Assembly: GCA_022605425.2 (NCBI GenBank)
Contig: CM061250.1
Location: forward strand, 558,001-622,000
DNA length: 64,000 nucleotides
Direction: 5' to 3'
DNA from: Hamiltosporidium tvaerminnensis FI-OER-3-3
Lineage: Eukaryota; Fungi; Microsporidia
Each line of letters opens with the position of its first letter. The first letter of the stretch is position 1. Both the position numbers and the translations under genes were made by a program. Shown here in pieces: positions 27,140 to 40,620 of this stretch. The notes under the pieces were generated by a model. The model ran no database searches, was not told the origin of the DNA, and saw only the letters and a list, made by a program, of their open reading frames with translations.

Positions 27140-29040
27140 TTTGTAACAAGACATAAAAGATGATAAGATTTTGATATATAGCACCAAAACAGAATTTAAT
27201 ACTCTCAATATAGGTAACCTATTATTTTTTTTATTTTTCTAGAATCTTGGATGAAATAGGGAATTTGCAAGGTGCTGGTTTATCCTTGTTATTTTTGTGT
27301 TATTTACATATCTATTAGGCCGAAAGCTAAATGAGATATACATAAAATAGACATGCACAAGAGTTCAGCTTCTCCCCTAATAAATATTTCTTCTTCTTTG
27401 GCGATATTGTAATCCTTATAACAAACAACATTACATTATGAGCCTTGAGATCTTAGGCTAAAGAATTTTTGTAAGATCTTGGATAAAAGATAAACAAAGG
27501 GAATTCGGCAAAATGTGATACCTGTTGCAAATCAATCGATAATTTTCAAGTAAGTATTTTACTTGTAAATATTTGGAAGTAATAGACGACAGCAGAGGTA
27601 ACATGATACATTTCTTATTCGAAAAAAATAGTGCGAACCGATAACGAGAGTATATATGCTTTTTTAACTAGATTGAATGCAATCATATTAAAATAAATAT
27701 AATTTAGCTGCGATTAATCAACTATTACATAGAAGTACATTAAGTTTAATAGGCTAAGTTTTCAAACGTAAAATACCCAGGGCGTGAGATGTTTAAAAAA
27801 TAACTTTGTACTTTATGTCAGGCGACAAAGCGTCGCCATAAAGTATAGGAAAAAGACAGAGAGACATATATGGTGTCGAATTGCAGATTGAACAGATGCT
27901 TGAAACTCTTGCATTTCAGCAAAAGAACGAAACTACTGGTCAAAAAATATTATCTTAGAGGTATAGAGTAACTATAAATGCCATATTGCACTAATAAAAG
28001 CTTCTTGATGTAAAATTTAAACTTTATAAAGAATCCAGCAAAATAAATTGAGGGAGGCTTACCTGCAAAATTTTATTACTAAATAAATAAACGTAAAATT
28101 CCGTATTAGTTAAAAAATACCAGAAAAATGGAGCCTTGAGTGGGCAAAGAAAGAATTTGCTGCGCTATATATTGAATTTATATTCTCTTATCCAGATAAA
28201 AATATATTACGGGGGCAAAAGCTGTGTGTCAACACTGCAAACAGTCTGGTAAAAAAATTGTACTTTTAGCCCGAAATGTTAGTGAAAATATGAAATAGCT
28301 ATACCAGAAGGCAAAATAGTATAGTTTGATAACCACATACTTTGTTTTAGATCCTTACGGGGTTGGGTCTATAAACAAATATAGAGCTCGATATTCTAAA
28401 AAGGTCATAAACAAGTATGCTTAAATTTTAATAAAAATCAGAAAAAAAACCGGGGTTAAGTTCGGAATTTTTAAAAAGATATGCCTATTTTAGATATGAG
28501 AAAAAAATAGCTTACATTGAAATAAGATTACTTTCTAAAATTTACTTCATAAAATTCATACTGAGATCCTTGGTGGTATAGCTCGTTGATCAATAATAGG
28601 GTCTTGATTATAAGTTTAGTTATACGTTATTTCCTTGGGTGATGACCTGGAACGGTATTTTGACAAATTTTTACACAAACACTTCGAAATAAGATAAATC
28701 TTCATGAATATGAAAGTATGCACTGCTTCAATAATATATAAGAAAACGGTCGAATTGATTTCGTTTGATCGAAGGAGAGACCTCGAGGCAGACTTAAATT
28801 CGAAGATACTCAAGGAAAATGAAAAAGAGTGTTTTTAATGCTCCAAAATGCCTCAATAAGCGCACCACTTCATTGAAGCAACAGAATAACAGAAGGATGA
28901 TGATATCATAGAAACAAAAAAACGTTCAACTCACTTCTTATTCTAAATAAGGGGACCTTGTCTGAGGGACCAAAATTAATAATAAACAAAGGATCGGATA
29001 GTCAAAAGAATGTACGTTGGTAAAGATTTGGAGGAAATTT
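27140..29040 (+). mobile_element. Decayed RLE retrotransposon (RT to 3' end)
   Basis: ggaatttgcaaggtg..gccgaaagctaaatgag (GILQG..RKLNE), gggaattcggc (GIP), tgtgtgtcaacactgc (VCQHC), tgatgacctggaacggtatt (MTWDGI), tttgatcgaaggaga (FDRRR). Confidence 0.8.
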
Positions 29041-29833
29041 TATCTATTTCTAAAAATTTTAATCTGGGATATAAGCAAATACAGTATTGTATAATATGTT
29101 TTTTTCATACTATTTTCTATTTTGCTCTACATATTTGTTTTTAAAAAATGTGTATTTTCGTTGGATTTTTAAAATTATGATAATAGCAATACTTTATTAT
29201 TTTTATTTATAGTAAAATAAAAATTATTACATTTTTTGCTTGTAAACATATCCATTAAAGTTTAACAAAAAATAGTTTTATCTTAGTTATGTCAGTATTT
29301 TTAAATTTTATTGGATTATGAAGCAACAATAAATTATGATAAAAGTTATTTTTAACGATACAAAAACCCCTTCTATAGTTAAAAGTTTGAATCGAATAAA
29401 AACATTTTATACTCTGAGATTTTTATTCTAAATATTTTTGAATCCAAAATATTGTCAAGAAAAGCAGCTTATAATTTAACCATGGTCTATATTTGTAAAA
29501 AAAATTTGAAATTCGCATGTAGTAAATACGATTACATAGTTCCGTGCTACTTGCAACCATATTAGTACATATTTAAATGAAATAATATTCAATAATGAAA
29601 ACAAAAAATCCAGATATACTTTCAAATGGATACTATAAAAATAATATATCTAAAACCACAATTATCAAAACCGGCTTATAAATACCATGGTACAATCATC
29701 AAAATTTATTTCGAATCGAAAAATATAATACACTTGAATAATTAGTACAAAGTAAATACTTATATATAGAATAAAACAGATTAAAATATTAAATTAAATA
29801 TAAGATTAAAAAGCCCGATATTTATTTTTTTTC

Positions 29834-30525
29834 TCAAAATTTATCCAAAATCATTTTCAAATTATCATTTAGCATACCTATAGTACTTTCAAAGTCTTGG
29901 CAATGGTTGTCAGCAAATTTCAAAACCAAACTAAATATTATTCGACTTGCTCCGCATGCTTTCAATATATTTTCTGTCTTAACTATAAAGATATGGAAAG
30001 AATGGATATTGGATTCACTAAAAGAACCAACCACTTTCAATGAATTAATTATAAAATCACTAAATGCAAATTTCAACTTCTTTTGCTGTATCTTTTTTGA
30101 TATATCTCTCACGATTTTATTAAATAAATCAATTTCTATTCTGATTCTGCTAATTCTTTGATGAATTGGAAATAATGGAGAATTCGCATCAATCAATTTA
30201 AATCCCAATCCAGGAATGAAAAAACCGCCACATTTGTCTTTTCCATTTAAAGCTCGAGTATTTGCAATATTATTCGGTACATTTACGAAATTTTCTTCAT
30301 TCAATGCAGATACGAACGATGTTTCCTCGGAATCAATCATTTCAAAATTCTCTACGCCTCTGATGGCAGTTGTTTCAATATTCTCACTGAAATCTTGAAT
30401 ATCATTAATGGCTTCATTAATCATTCTTTGTAGTGATTCATTTTTTTGAGCTTCTATATTAGCTTCTTTGTTCCTTTAATAATCTCGAAAATAAAAAATA
30501 GTGTGGCACCTAATAATTTTGACAT
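29834..30525 (-). CDS. Hypothetical secreted-type protein; ORF 29834..30424 with probable true start at 30525 across a frameshift
   Basis: 196-aa ORF. An upstream ATG at 30525 is preceded by a CCC motif (ggg at 30534-30536) and encodes hydrophobic MSKLLGATLFFIFEIIKG, but lies 101 nt (out of frame) from the annotated ATG. Confidence 0.55.
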
Positions 30526-31099
30526 TTCTATTAGGGCATCTTTCAATTTTTTATTATATACTTTTTAGATTTGAAAATTTCCTTTTTTGGAGGTTTTTAT
30601 CAATATTAAATCTTGATATGAAGATTAATTTTTTCCACTGCTAAAAATTTAGATTGTATTTTTACAAGCAATTCATATTTTTAATAATTTTATGCAAATT
30701 TTTATCTAACAAGTTAATAAAATAATTTTATTCCATAAACAAGCTATATAAGTACAATTCGGTTTATTTTTTTTTTTGAAAAATAACTTTAATGTTTTAT
30801 TATCAAAGTGTAGTAATACAATCATAGTTATCGAGATGATGATTATATTTAAATAACTTATTAGAGGGAAATATTACAATAGTTATAGAAAAATGGCTGC
30901 TTAAAAAGTTAAACTTTCTCTTAATATTCGAAATTCTCTTTAAAATATTTCAACGTATGTTATGGACGATTCGAGAAAAAAGAAGTTTCAATGCCATAAT
31001 TATTTTTATGTATCATTTTAAAGTCTTAGTATTTTACAAATTATCTTTTAAAGCAAACATATATGGAATATGATTTAGCTAATCATTACTATAGACTTA

Positions 31100-31940
31100 T
31101 ATATCACTGGAATAAATTTTATAAATTAACGATAATTTAGTGATCTGATGTGGTAAAAATACTTAAAAAAGACTATACCAGGCGGAATAAAGAATGCATT
31201 GGATTTTTACAATTAATCGTACTAATTTGATATGTTTATAAATTTACAAAACGAATGAGATGTCACTCAGTTCAAAACATTCTTAAACACTGGTATGTCG
31301 GATAAAAAGTATACCGGAATAAACATCGAATTTCAATGTTCGGCGAAACAGATTGAATATATATATTTTTGATACGAGTTAAAACAAGAAAAAACACTTT
31401 GAAATAGGGTTTCTTCTCGGTGTTCACTTTACAAGTTTAACTAAAAAATTTATAAAGAAGAATCGTTGAAGCGAAGGTTTTGACTAATTTTTAATGTAGC
31501 GCATAGATATTTCGTTTGGTGATATCATTAACGAGTATAGGGAACAAATAAACAAAATATACCTTAAAAGACCGCAAATATCCATGAAACAAGCGCAATA
31601 CATCAGTGCATGTTATTTTAGAAAGTCGAAAAATCTTTTTTGATTGACGAAGAGGACTTCAATTGAGATAGAATCCAGCATATAGCTGAAAGTGTGCGTC
31701 AAAATGTGTTATCAAAAAAAAGATAAATATATTATCCAACCACCTCTTTAAAACAAGCAAGAAACGAGAAAGATTGGGTGTGTCAATAAAAAAATCAGCG
31801 CACTTCATAGTTTTAACAGAAGAACTGATAGTTTATGTCAAAAAATAGTCAGATTTAGAGGCAAAAGTATGGTGGTTGAAGATGTAGAAAAATTTATAAA
31901 AGAGAAATAATTTTTTAACCCATAATTATATTAAATAAAT
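31100..31940 (+). mobile_element. Decayed RLE retrotransposon 3' end including the terminal motif
   Basis: gactataccaggcgg (DYTRR), tataccttaaaagaccgcaaatatccatg (YLKRLQIPM), gacgaagaggactt (RRGL), and the terminal unit gtggttgaagatgtagaa...ttttaacccataa. Confidence 0.7.
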
Positions 31941-32479
31941 ACTAAAAATAGATTGTAAAGTCAAAACTAATATCAAAGGAAATTTATTGTCACAAAACTT
32001 TTTTAAACTTATAATAGAATATAATTTTTATTTTCATAATTAATGAAAAAAAATTTAGGTTTTTTGTCATTAATTTTCTATATTTCTAAGGTAAATACAT
32101 AGTTAAAGACGATACATTTTAAGTGTTTATATTATATTGTGCGGTGTAAAATCTCTATTTCTTTTTAATTGCAGGTTCTCTCATAATGATTGTTTACAAA
32201 ATTGATTGATGTTTCGGTCACGACACCTCTAGAAAGATTTAATTAGTTAAATATAGGAAATTTATAATGGTGTTTCTAATAAAAATATAAATCTTATTAT
32301 TCATCCATAGATTTTAAAACCCAATAATAGTATGAATAAGTAGAGTATGAAACCTTTAAACGTTTGATTGGTTTAAAAAAGTATTTTTGCAACTAATGTT
32401 TCCAAAACTTTTCGAGTTCGGAGTACATGGCATGATTAACACCAATAAATATATTAAATACCCTTTTAATTTAATTTTG

Positions 32480-33197
32480 AGGGAGGATAACTGCATAAAA
32501 AACTTTCTCCTTAGCAATGAGTATGCGAGATTGATTAATGAATATCAAGTTTTGGATGTTTGGTTGAAAGATTACACTACTATATCTTTGGGATTTTTAT
32601 TTGAGTTTGTATGAGAGGAGAAGTCTACGAAATAGCAAAGCTTTTTCTACAAAGTTATTTGTAGTTTTTTATGTAATAAACCGCAGACCGTAGCCGAACA
32701 TGTAGGTAATTGCCGTATAAAAGCCTGGAAACCAAGCCTTGCTACCTTGGGTTAGAAGGCTTAGTACCTGGGAGATATAAAAGAAACCTATAGAAAGCCG
32801 GGAGAGCTAAGTAGCAGATTATACCAGTTGTTATGACATTGCAATGTCTAAGTGGTCCCCATTTAAGTCTCTAAAAAATATCTTAACTAGAAATTTATTG
32901 AATTCAGAAAGTGTAGAGTAAGTGGAAATCCGGCATAGTCTTCGGGGAGCCCGAAGGGCTTTAGCCTTTCATCTCAACCTATGCAACGGACATTTACAAA
33001 CACCTGAAAACTGCCTCGCCTATTAATTAGTTTCTATACACATGGTAATGAAAGGCTTAGGAACGTAGGTATTGCAAGAGGTACCGATGGTGTGTTGGGG
33101 TAGCAGTTATTTAAGTTAAACCTAGAACCGAGTTAATGTCATGAAAACAAATATAAAACTTGAATTGTTTTAAAAAGATGTGATACTCTTAAATAAG
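32480..33197 (+). repeat. Structured dispersed repeat, well-preserved copy B
   Basis: Long colinear similarity with copy D, e.g. ctaagtagcag, tatgacattgca, ttcagaaagtgtagagtaagtgg, gcatagtc, atgcaacggacatt, aactgcctcgccta, atgaaaggctt, gttaaacctagaac, tcatgaaaacaaatataa, ttttaaaaagatgtgatact. Confidence 0.92.
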
Positions 33198-33249
33198 GAA
33201 TAATTTTCTATTTACTTATATTATTCATAAGAAGAAGTGAAATACAATA

Positions 33250-33600
33250 CTTTACTCCTATAAAAAGAGAAACAATAAGAGAAAATGACTTGAGAAGGAT
33301 TAATTTTATCATATATGGGGTGAAATTTACTCTTTAATATTGGGTTCGTAAGGAAATTTGTATGTGTAGAAGGATTTACAAGACGATGAAGCCTTTGTTA
33401 CGATGAAATTTGCGTTATTAGGTTAACCAAATTCGAGAATACTGCTTAACCTATGCATAATTACTATATAAGAACATATAAACTAGACTTTTTCACACGG
33501 GTTAGAACTTGTCTCATATAGATATACAAAGGCATGCCTATTCGGGCTAAGAATACTTCAAAGAAGTTTTGCCTGTTAATATGACATTAAAAATGCGAGT
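33250..33600 (+). repeat. Structured repeat, diverged 5'-half copy H, tandem after B
   Basis: aactagactttttcacacgggttagaa and tgttaatatgacatt match the family in the correct order. Confidence 0.55.
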
Positions 33601-34808
33601 AGACTCATAAAAAGAATCGCAATATACATTGGCAACCAGTTTATATTTGTGAAAAATGTATAATTAACCAAAAATCGACAGGACCTGATAGATCATATGG
33701 AGATTTCAATCTGCGCAATCCTAAAAAACAACTAATATCAACGAATCACAACACCATCTATCTAATTAAATATGCTTCACCAATTTTTAGATGAAAATCT
33801 TTAGATATTTAATTTAGATGAGATACCTATAGCATTTAAGAAGCATTTATCTATGTAAAATCTATATTCGTCGTTTTTTAAAAAAATTTACATAGGCCGT
33901 TTTTATAAAAAGTGTTATGATTTAAATACATATTTAAAATTTCGAAATCAATCCTATTCATAACAATATACTAATTACTTATGTGAATATTTCTAAACAT
34001 TTTATTATTTGGAATGGAAAAATATCAATTTAAAAATTTTCCAACATATATATCATATCAAAAATAAACTTTATTCTTTCTACACAAAAAACCATTAATT
34101 TTATTTTTATTTTTAAGATTATTTTCAGTCGGTGTTGTAAATTGATATAGGAGGCATGCTTTTTTTCAAAAACTTATATAGTTTTTACTTTATGTATCTC
34201 TTCAAAAAATATAATGGATGACATTCTTAGAATTATAATTGAATTATAATAACATACCACCGGTTTATTTGATAAAATTATTTTAAAGTTGAGATAATGA
34301 TATAAATAAATGTTTTCGAAGGGATATATAATTAGAAAGTATTTCAAATTGCTATGAAAACTCACCACAAGAAAAAAAATAGTGTCCTTACCTTTTGAAA
34401 ATAAAATTTTGATGAGATATTTCCATTTTTTGATAGTTATAGCAATTTTAAGCATCTCTCTTCACATAAAGTAAGAAATTTTAAATCCTATTAATTAAAA
34501 TATCATGGCTTTAATAATGATCATCGATAAATATATTCGAGGTTTAAAAAATCCAGAATTTAGGTTTAAACCATATTTTGCAGTTTTTTTTGATTTCAAT
34601 ATACCGGTATTTGATTTAAGCAAGCTTTGATTTGAACTCAAAAATTTGTAAAAAATCTTTTTTAGCCCCAAGTTCTAACGTTTGTAATGAAGAAAATATA
34701 TTTGATTCTTTAAAAAATGATTTGGTAATAAGATTATCCTCATCGGCGCAAAGTTCATGTAAAACATTTGCCGTCGTGTAATACGGATATATCTGCTTAA
34801 AAAATATA

Positions 34809-36270
34809 AGGTTTTTCGATCAATATAATAATCCTTGCAATCAATATAATAATTTTTCGATCAATATAATAATCCTTGCAATCAATATAATAATTATTTT
34901 TAACAAAAATAATTTAATAAATAATTTATTGGTTTAAAAATTGGCTCCCATGTGAAACTCTTTTTCAGGTAAAAATACCAACGAAAACAAATATCGTTTT
35001 CAAATCGGTGCGACACCAGGATTTATAGAGTATGGGAATGACATGCGTTTGGAGTGTCTTGTGAAAACATCTGGATCACATGATGAAAATCTTCCACTAA
35101 CATCATTCCAACTCTGAATTAACAAATAGTTTCTAATAGGAATAGGGAACGCATAATTGCAAAGACATTGGAAGGTCATTCTATGTCTGCAATTGCCTCG
35201 ATGCATCGAATAAATTACCAGACGGTTAATAGTATGTTAAACGATATTTAAAAACCGACCTGGTGTTTGTCGAGAAAAAAAGTGGGGATAAGCGCTCAAA
35301 GTTAGCTTTGGAATCTAAGAGAGCTTAAAAACCTATGTGGATTTGGAATGTACAAAAACCCTGCATTATTTGTCAGAAATAGTCAAAAGTACATTTAATG
35401 TTGATGTGTCTACTAGTACAATTGACCCCGCACTAAGGGTGTTCCATTATACACTAAAGATTGTAAAATTGGTGCTTGTGTGAAGAAATTCACCTTCGAC
35501 AATTATGCACAGAACAATTACGCAAATAGTTTTCCTTAGTTGGAGGTGTACGATAATGACAAAAACTTTGTCTTTTTAGATGAAGTTGAATTTCGGTAGT
35601 AACACGCCCCACCAGAGGTCGTAATGTGAGATGTGAATTTAAAAACTTATTTGTGACGGCAGCCCGACTTAGAAATATTTCGGTAGTCGCAGCGATAAAT
35701 AAATATGGTATGGAATGCCATAAGATTCATGAGAGGGCAGTAAATGGAGAGGAATTCAAATTATTCATAAATGAGATTAATAAAAGTTGTCAAAGGTAAG
35801 GAATTTTGACTCGTATAGTTGTAATAAACAATGCGAGAATTCATCATTATCTCGGAGTGAATGATGATGAGGAAATTGCTTCGTATCGATTAAAATACCT
35901 TTTATTACTCTCCATTTCTTAAACCAATTGAGAGCGTATTTTTAGTCTGGAAAAATAAAGTAATTCGGGGTGGTGCTCGCACTGAGCCTTAGTTAAGAAT
36001 ATTAATTCGTGAAAAATTTAATGAGATCACGGTAAAACGTTGTAGTTTCTTTTATCGAAAGATGTTAGGATATTCGCAGAAAGCAAGTAGGACAAGTGAT
36101 TCTTGAATAACAAAGCTTAAGTACAATTCATACTTTCATGTTTTTGAATTTTTTTTGTTTAAAATAATTATTATATTGAATGCAAGGATTATGATTTGAT
36201 TGCAAAAATTATGATATTGATCAAAAAATTATTATATTGATTGCAGGTTATTATTTGGATCGAAAAACAC
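34809..36270 (+). mobile_element. Tc1/mariner-IS630 superfamily DNA transposon with decayed DDE transposase and ~100-120-bp TIRs
   Basis: Remnants FVFLDE, RNISVVAAINKYG, NARIHH and YSPFL.PIE.VF..WK. TIRs 34809-34908 and 36153-36270 are reverse complements built of ~20-bp subrepeats. TA flanks both ends. Confidence 0.9.
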
Positions 36271-37432
36271 TATAATATCATTTTATTTATGATTCAAAAT
36301 CTTCTTTTAACATAAAATACAAATATGATATTATGTGTTTTTAAACAACCTTAAAGTACTATGGAAAAGTTACTATCTATAAATATATAATTTTTTTACT
36401 ACCGAACTAAATTGGATTTGTGTTGGTTAGGAAGATTGGTTAAGTAGAATCCAATATTTTGGATGTACTTTTATGTACTAGGTATGAAGAAATTTTATAG
36501 AATGAGTAAATAAATCAAAAGAATAACAAAAAAGCATCAACATAACGACTTTTACAGTTAAGAAACTGTATAAAATATAAATTAAAATTAATATATTTTA
36601 AAGAAATTCTATAAGACTAGAGTTTAAAAATGATAACGGTTTGTAAAAAAAAACGTTAAGTAAAAAAAAAATAAAACGATTAAGTAAATTGAATAAAAAA
36701 TATGCTTTTATATTTTCTTGATTAACATTTATTAATATTCTGCAAAATTTTTAAATTTTTATCAGATCTTTGCAGACAGGGTAATTTACAAACTCAATGG
36801 TTCAAAATGTTGTTCCTGATTGGCTTAAAATCATCTAAATCTTTAAAATATAATTTTTAGGGTACTAAAACTACAAGTAACCAACGACCGCTTTAAAAAT
36901 TATGCAGCTTTGATACTTTTTCTATCTGTAATTATTCTTGATTCAAATCCTCTTTTTCGATGATAATTATTTTAAAGATTATTTGAATATCAAATCAGGA
37001 TTTGGTTGTATTTTAATGATATCCAGGGCTATCAACCTTTATACTTTAGTATAATGTAGAAATTGGTCTTAAGTTCTCATATAAAAAATTATTTTCATAT
37101 GAACATTGCAAATATAAGTTGAACCATTGGGCACAACTCTTATTTCGTAGCTTAAATTTGGATTTTTGTATAAAATTTATAATCTAAAATATATCTGTTC
37201 TACTTTTTTGTATCTGGACATAATTTTTGTAGTTGTGTGTATCTCGATTTTCTTACGCTTGTTTTCTGATTTTATCAAGCGGTTACATATATAAATCTTT
37301 CGGCCAAAAACCATGCCAAATTTATGTATGAAGAATCATATTTTGAAATTAGGCTACTTGATCGCGAAATCAAATACACCTATAAACAAACTAGAAATTA
37401 AAAAATATATTAGAAAAATAAATTGTATATAT

Positions 37433-39802
37433 TTATATAAAAGATATTATGATGTTTTTTTCGTAAAAATATCTGCATATAATATTAAAATCATCTCTTT
37501 TACTATTTATTCTTGTTGAAAGATAGGATATTGGCAAGGGAAATATATATTTTTTAATTGTTTCAAAATTTAAGCACGGAAAAGAAGTTAATGATAATTC
37601 TTCTAGGTTTTTAAATTTCTTTAAATAATTAAGATCTTCTAGCGTGGTTTCTACAAACGACAAATTTAAATTTCTTAAGGAATTTAAAAATTTACAATCA
37701 TTTCCTAACACGTGGAAATTGGTGTTAATAAATTTGCATTCGGCAAAATTTAAGTTTTCTAAGACTTCAAGATTTCCAATTCTGGCTAAATCGTTCGAAT
37801 CTAACTTACTCGATTCATAAACAAGTCTTTTTAATCGTGAATTACAACCACTACTAAGTTTTGCCAAATATCCCGAAAATAACCTACAGGTTGTTAAATT
37901 TAAATATATAAGATAGTCCATCTCATTCATAATATCAAAATAAGTGAAAATATCTATATTTATATCGTTTAACTCAAGTGAATATATATTTTTTGACATG
38001 AAATTGTATTTTTGTAGATCGATAGTATTTTTTTCAAAAATACAGAATATTATTGATAAAAGAGTTAAATTTTCCAGTTTAGATATTTCAATTAGGCTAG
38101 ACATACTAATATAAATATTTACCAAAATCAATTGACTTAAGGATTTATATGAATTTCCAAAACATAACAGTGGAATTTCCGGATCCGAAAAAAGGCTTTC
38201 CAAGTGCAAGTATTTAAGTGAATGACCATAGAATATAGGGTAATATAAAAAATTAAAAATATTTTCTTGTACAATTTTAAAACACTCCAAGTCTTTCAAA
38301 TTTTCAATTGCCTTGGCTAAAAAAGCTTCGGTATTTTTATCATTTTTATAGCTTCGGAGTTTTAAGGTTTGCAAAGATCGGAAATAAATTAAGGCATGAT
38401 AGAAATCTTCCGGTATCTCTGAATAGCAAAAATTAATTTCTAAATGCAAAAGAAATTTCGGTGTATCTAGTTCTATAAACTTCGCCATAAAATCTTTTTG
38501 TTCTAGAAATGTAAAAAAGAAAATAATAATTTTGCGAATATTTGTTTTCCGAAGAATATAATTCCACCAGGTATTTTCAAGTATAACGCATTGAAACTTA
38601 ATATATTCTAATGTTTCGTTTGGATCGGTGTTCTCCTTGATAAATTTTATATGTTCAAGTTCAAAAACACCATGTAATAATGACAATCCTTTGAGGTTTT
38701 TCTGGTTTAAAAATAAAACCAGAGCGCGGCTGGATACCTGAAGATTTGCAAGACACAAATATTCTATATCATTTCTAAATATAACACTTAACTTGCTAAA
38801 GAATAGTATTGATGAGGAATTTCTAAAATTCGAAATTGTAATTGATTTAAATGTCTTAGCTAAAAATATATGAAACTTAAAATCTAAATCAAGAATTTTA
38901 AGGTTCAGATTATTATCTAAGATCAATGAATTCATATTAATTTGATTTAATAAAATTGTAAATATGTTCAAAACGTAACTATCCTTCAAGATATTTTCAA
39001 AAATATAAAATATATTCAAATTATTTAGCATTAAACTTTTATATGGAATATTTTCATCAAATAGTGCACTATTATAATCTTCTGTATTTTTAGACAATAA
39101 AATCAGATTTTCACCATTAAAAATGTATTTTATCGTAAATACATTGAGAAATGCTAATAAAAAATTTTTCTTTAGTGTGAGTTCCATGTTTACAAAGAAA
39201 TTTGAACTAAATATTTCTTCAAAATTTCCATTTTTTCCTTTTAAATCATTGTTGGATTGATTTATAAAGTTATTAAAAAGCACTGCTTCCAACAATTTCA
39301 CCATATTCTTATTATTTACTACGTTTAGGTATTTTAATGTTGTCAAAATGCATTTAAATTGAAAACAATTTAAATTAAAAGGTATTTCTGTTATATCGTT
39401 AGTTAATTTTAAGATATAAGATAAATCAAAGTTACACTCGATTATTCCTTTCGTTGGTCGATTTTTAAAGGTATTTGTTAATAGAATATTATTTAATTTC
39501 TCAAAACCAACGAAATTATCTTTCTTATATCTAAAAAAACAATTCTCCTGGTTGAATTGAATTGTATCAATATTATAATAAAAGTTAAGTTCGTAATCAT
39601 CACATAATTCTGCTTCCAACAATATTTCTTTCTTGTTTTCTCTGAAAAATAGAATACCAGAATTTTGATCTCTTATAAAGCCATAAGTAAATTTATGAGA
39701 AGAAACGATCTTCAATAATAAAATAATATAAATAGAAACTAAAATAAACGTTTTATTGGAGCTAAATATATTTTTATTCGCTCTATCTGTGTATAATTCC
39801 AT
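37433..39802 (-). CDS. Leucine-rich-repeat-like protein with N-terminal hydrophobic/signal segment (789 aa)
   Basis: FILVSIYIILLLKIVSS hydrophobic stretch; C-terminal LxxLxL repeats (LQTLKL, LKYLHL, LENLNF, LRNLNL, LEELSL). Confidence 0.8.
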   Translation of the reverse strand: MELYTDRANKNIFSSNKTFILVSIYIILLLKIVSSHKFTYGFIRDQNSGILFFRENKKEILLEAELCDDYELNFYYNIDTIQFNQENCFFRYKKDNFVGFEKLNNILLTNTFKNRPTKGIIECNFDLSYILKLTNDITEIPFNLNCFQFKCILTTLKYLNVVNNKNMVKLLEAVLFNNFINQSNNDLKGKNGNFEEIFSSNFFVNMELTLKKNFLLAFLNVFTIKYIFNGENLILLSKNTEDYNSALFDENIPYKSLMLNNLNIFYIFENILKDSYVLNIFTILLNQINMNSLILDNNLNLKILDLDFKFHIFLAKTFKSITISNFRNSSSILFFSKLSVIFRNDIEYLCLANLQVSSRALVLFLNQKNLKGLSLLHGVFELEHIKFIKENTDPNETLEYIKFQCVILENTWWNYILRKTNIRKIIIFFFTFLEQKDFMAKFIELDTPKFLLHLEINFCYSEIPEDFYHALIYFRSLQTLKLRSYKNDKNTEAFLAKAIENLKDLECFKIVQENIFNFLYYPIFYGHSLKYLHLESLFSDPEIPLLCFGNSYKSLSQLILVNIYISMSSLIEISKLENLTLLSIIFCIFEKNTIDLQKYNFMSKNIYSLELNDINIDIFTYFDIMNEMDYLIYLNLTTCRLFSGYLAKLSSGCNSRLKRLVYESSKLDSNDLARIGNLEVLENLNFAECKFINTNFHVLGNDCKFLNSLRNLNLSFVETTLEDLNYLKKFKNLEELSLTSFPCLNFETIKKYIFPLPISYLSTRINSKRDDFNIICRYFYEKNIIISFI

Positions 39803-39855
39803 AAAAATTTATTAAAATTTATAAAATTTATAAAAATTTATAAAAAAAATTATAT
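39803..39855. repeat. Short tandem ~10-bp A/T repeats immediately upstream of the LRR-like gene ATG
   Basis: aaaaattt attaaaattt ataaaattta taaaaattta taaaaaaaat tata. Confidence 0.55.
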
Positions 39856-39989
39856 AAAATATAATTTAATTAACAAAATGATTTTTATCAATTAATAAAT
39901 TTAAATTTTTTTTAAATCGATAGTGAGCAGAAAATATCTCCACCAAATCCATTTATTTGGTAAGGATCAGATAATTTTAGTGTGTATCA

Positions 39990-40620
39990 TATGTTTTTGC
40001 ATTTTCAATAATGTGAAAAAACTTTGCCTTTTTGGTTATTCAAAGGAAATTGTATAAGGAGAAAAACCTGTCAAAATATTAAAATTTTCCGTACAAATAT
40101 GCTTATAGTCTTTCAACTAACTAGATTTTATAATACTATTAAACTTATAGGTAGTTATTTTCCAAAATCTTGAAAAACTAGCCTTGCATTTACGGATTAG
40201 AAAGCTTGACTTCTGAGAGGCATAAAAAATACTCTTAAAAACAAAATCGCCAATCACAAAGTCGTTAATGTTGATAAGATACTGCAAATGCTATGTATTT
40301 CTAACAAGTCGCCTTGATATTTTTTTGCTAAACGTAAATTTAGTTCATGAGGTGTAGAATAGGTGAAAATATTGCGAGTCTTGATGAAACGATGGGTAGA
40401 TCCGGCCTGATATAGCCCACCAGACACCGATCATGAAGAAACCTAAGCAGTTGCCTCGTATTCAATAAGTTTCACATCTATATTTGATGAAAGGCTTTGG
40501 TATTTAGGTATCTAAAAAATTCCTAAAGATTTTAAGGCAAAGTTATCTGTGTATTACTTAAAAATGTGCTGAGTTATGAAAAGAATATCGCATATGCTTG
40601 TATCATAAAATGATGTTATG
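39990..40620 (+). repeat. Structured dispersed repeat, diverged copy F
   Basis: taggtag...aactagccttgc...cggattagaa; ggtgtagaataggtg; ttgcctcg; gatgaaaggctttgg.at.taggtatc. Confidence 0.75.

Noticed and set aside
34811-34908. CRISPR-like array
   Set aside because: Repeats are contiguous without unique spacers and are the TIR of a Tc1-like element; eukaryotic context and no cas genes.
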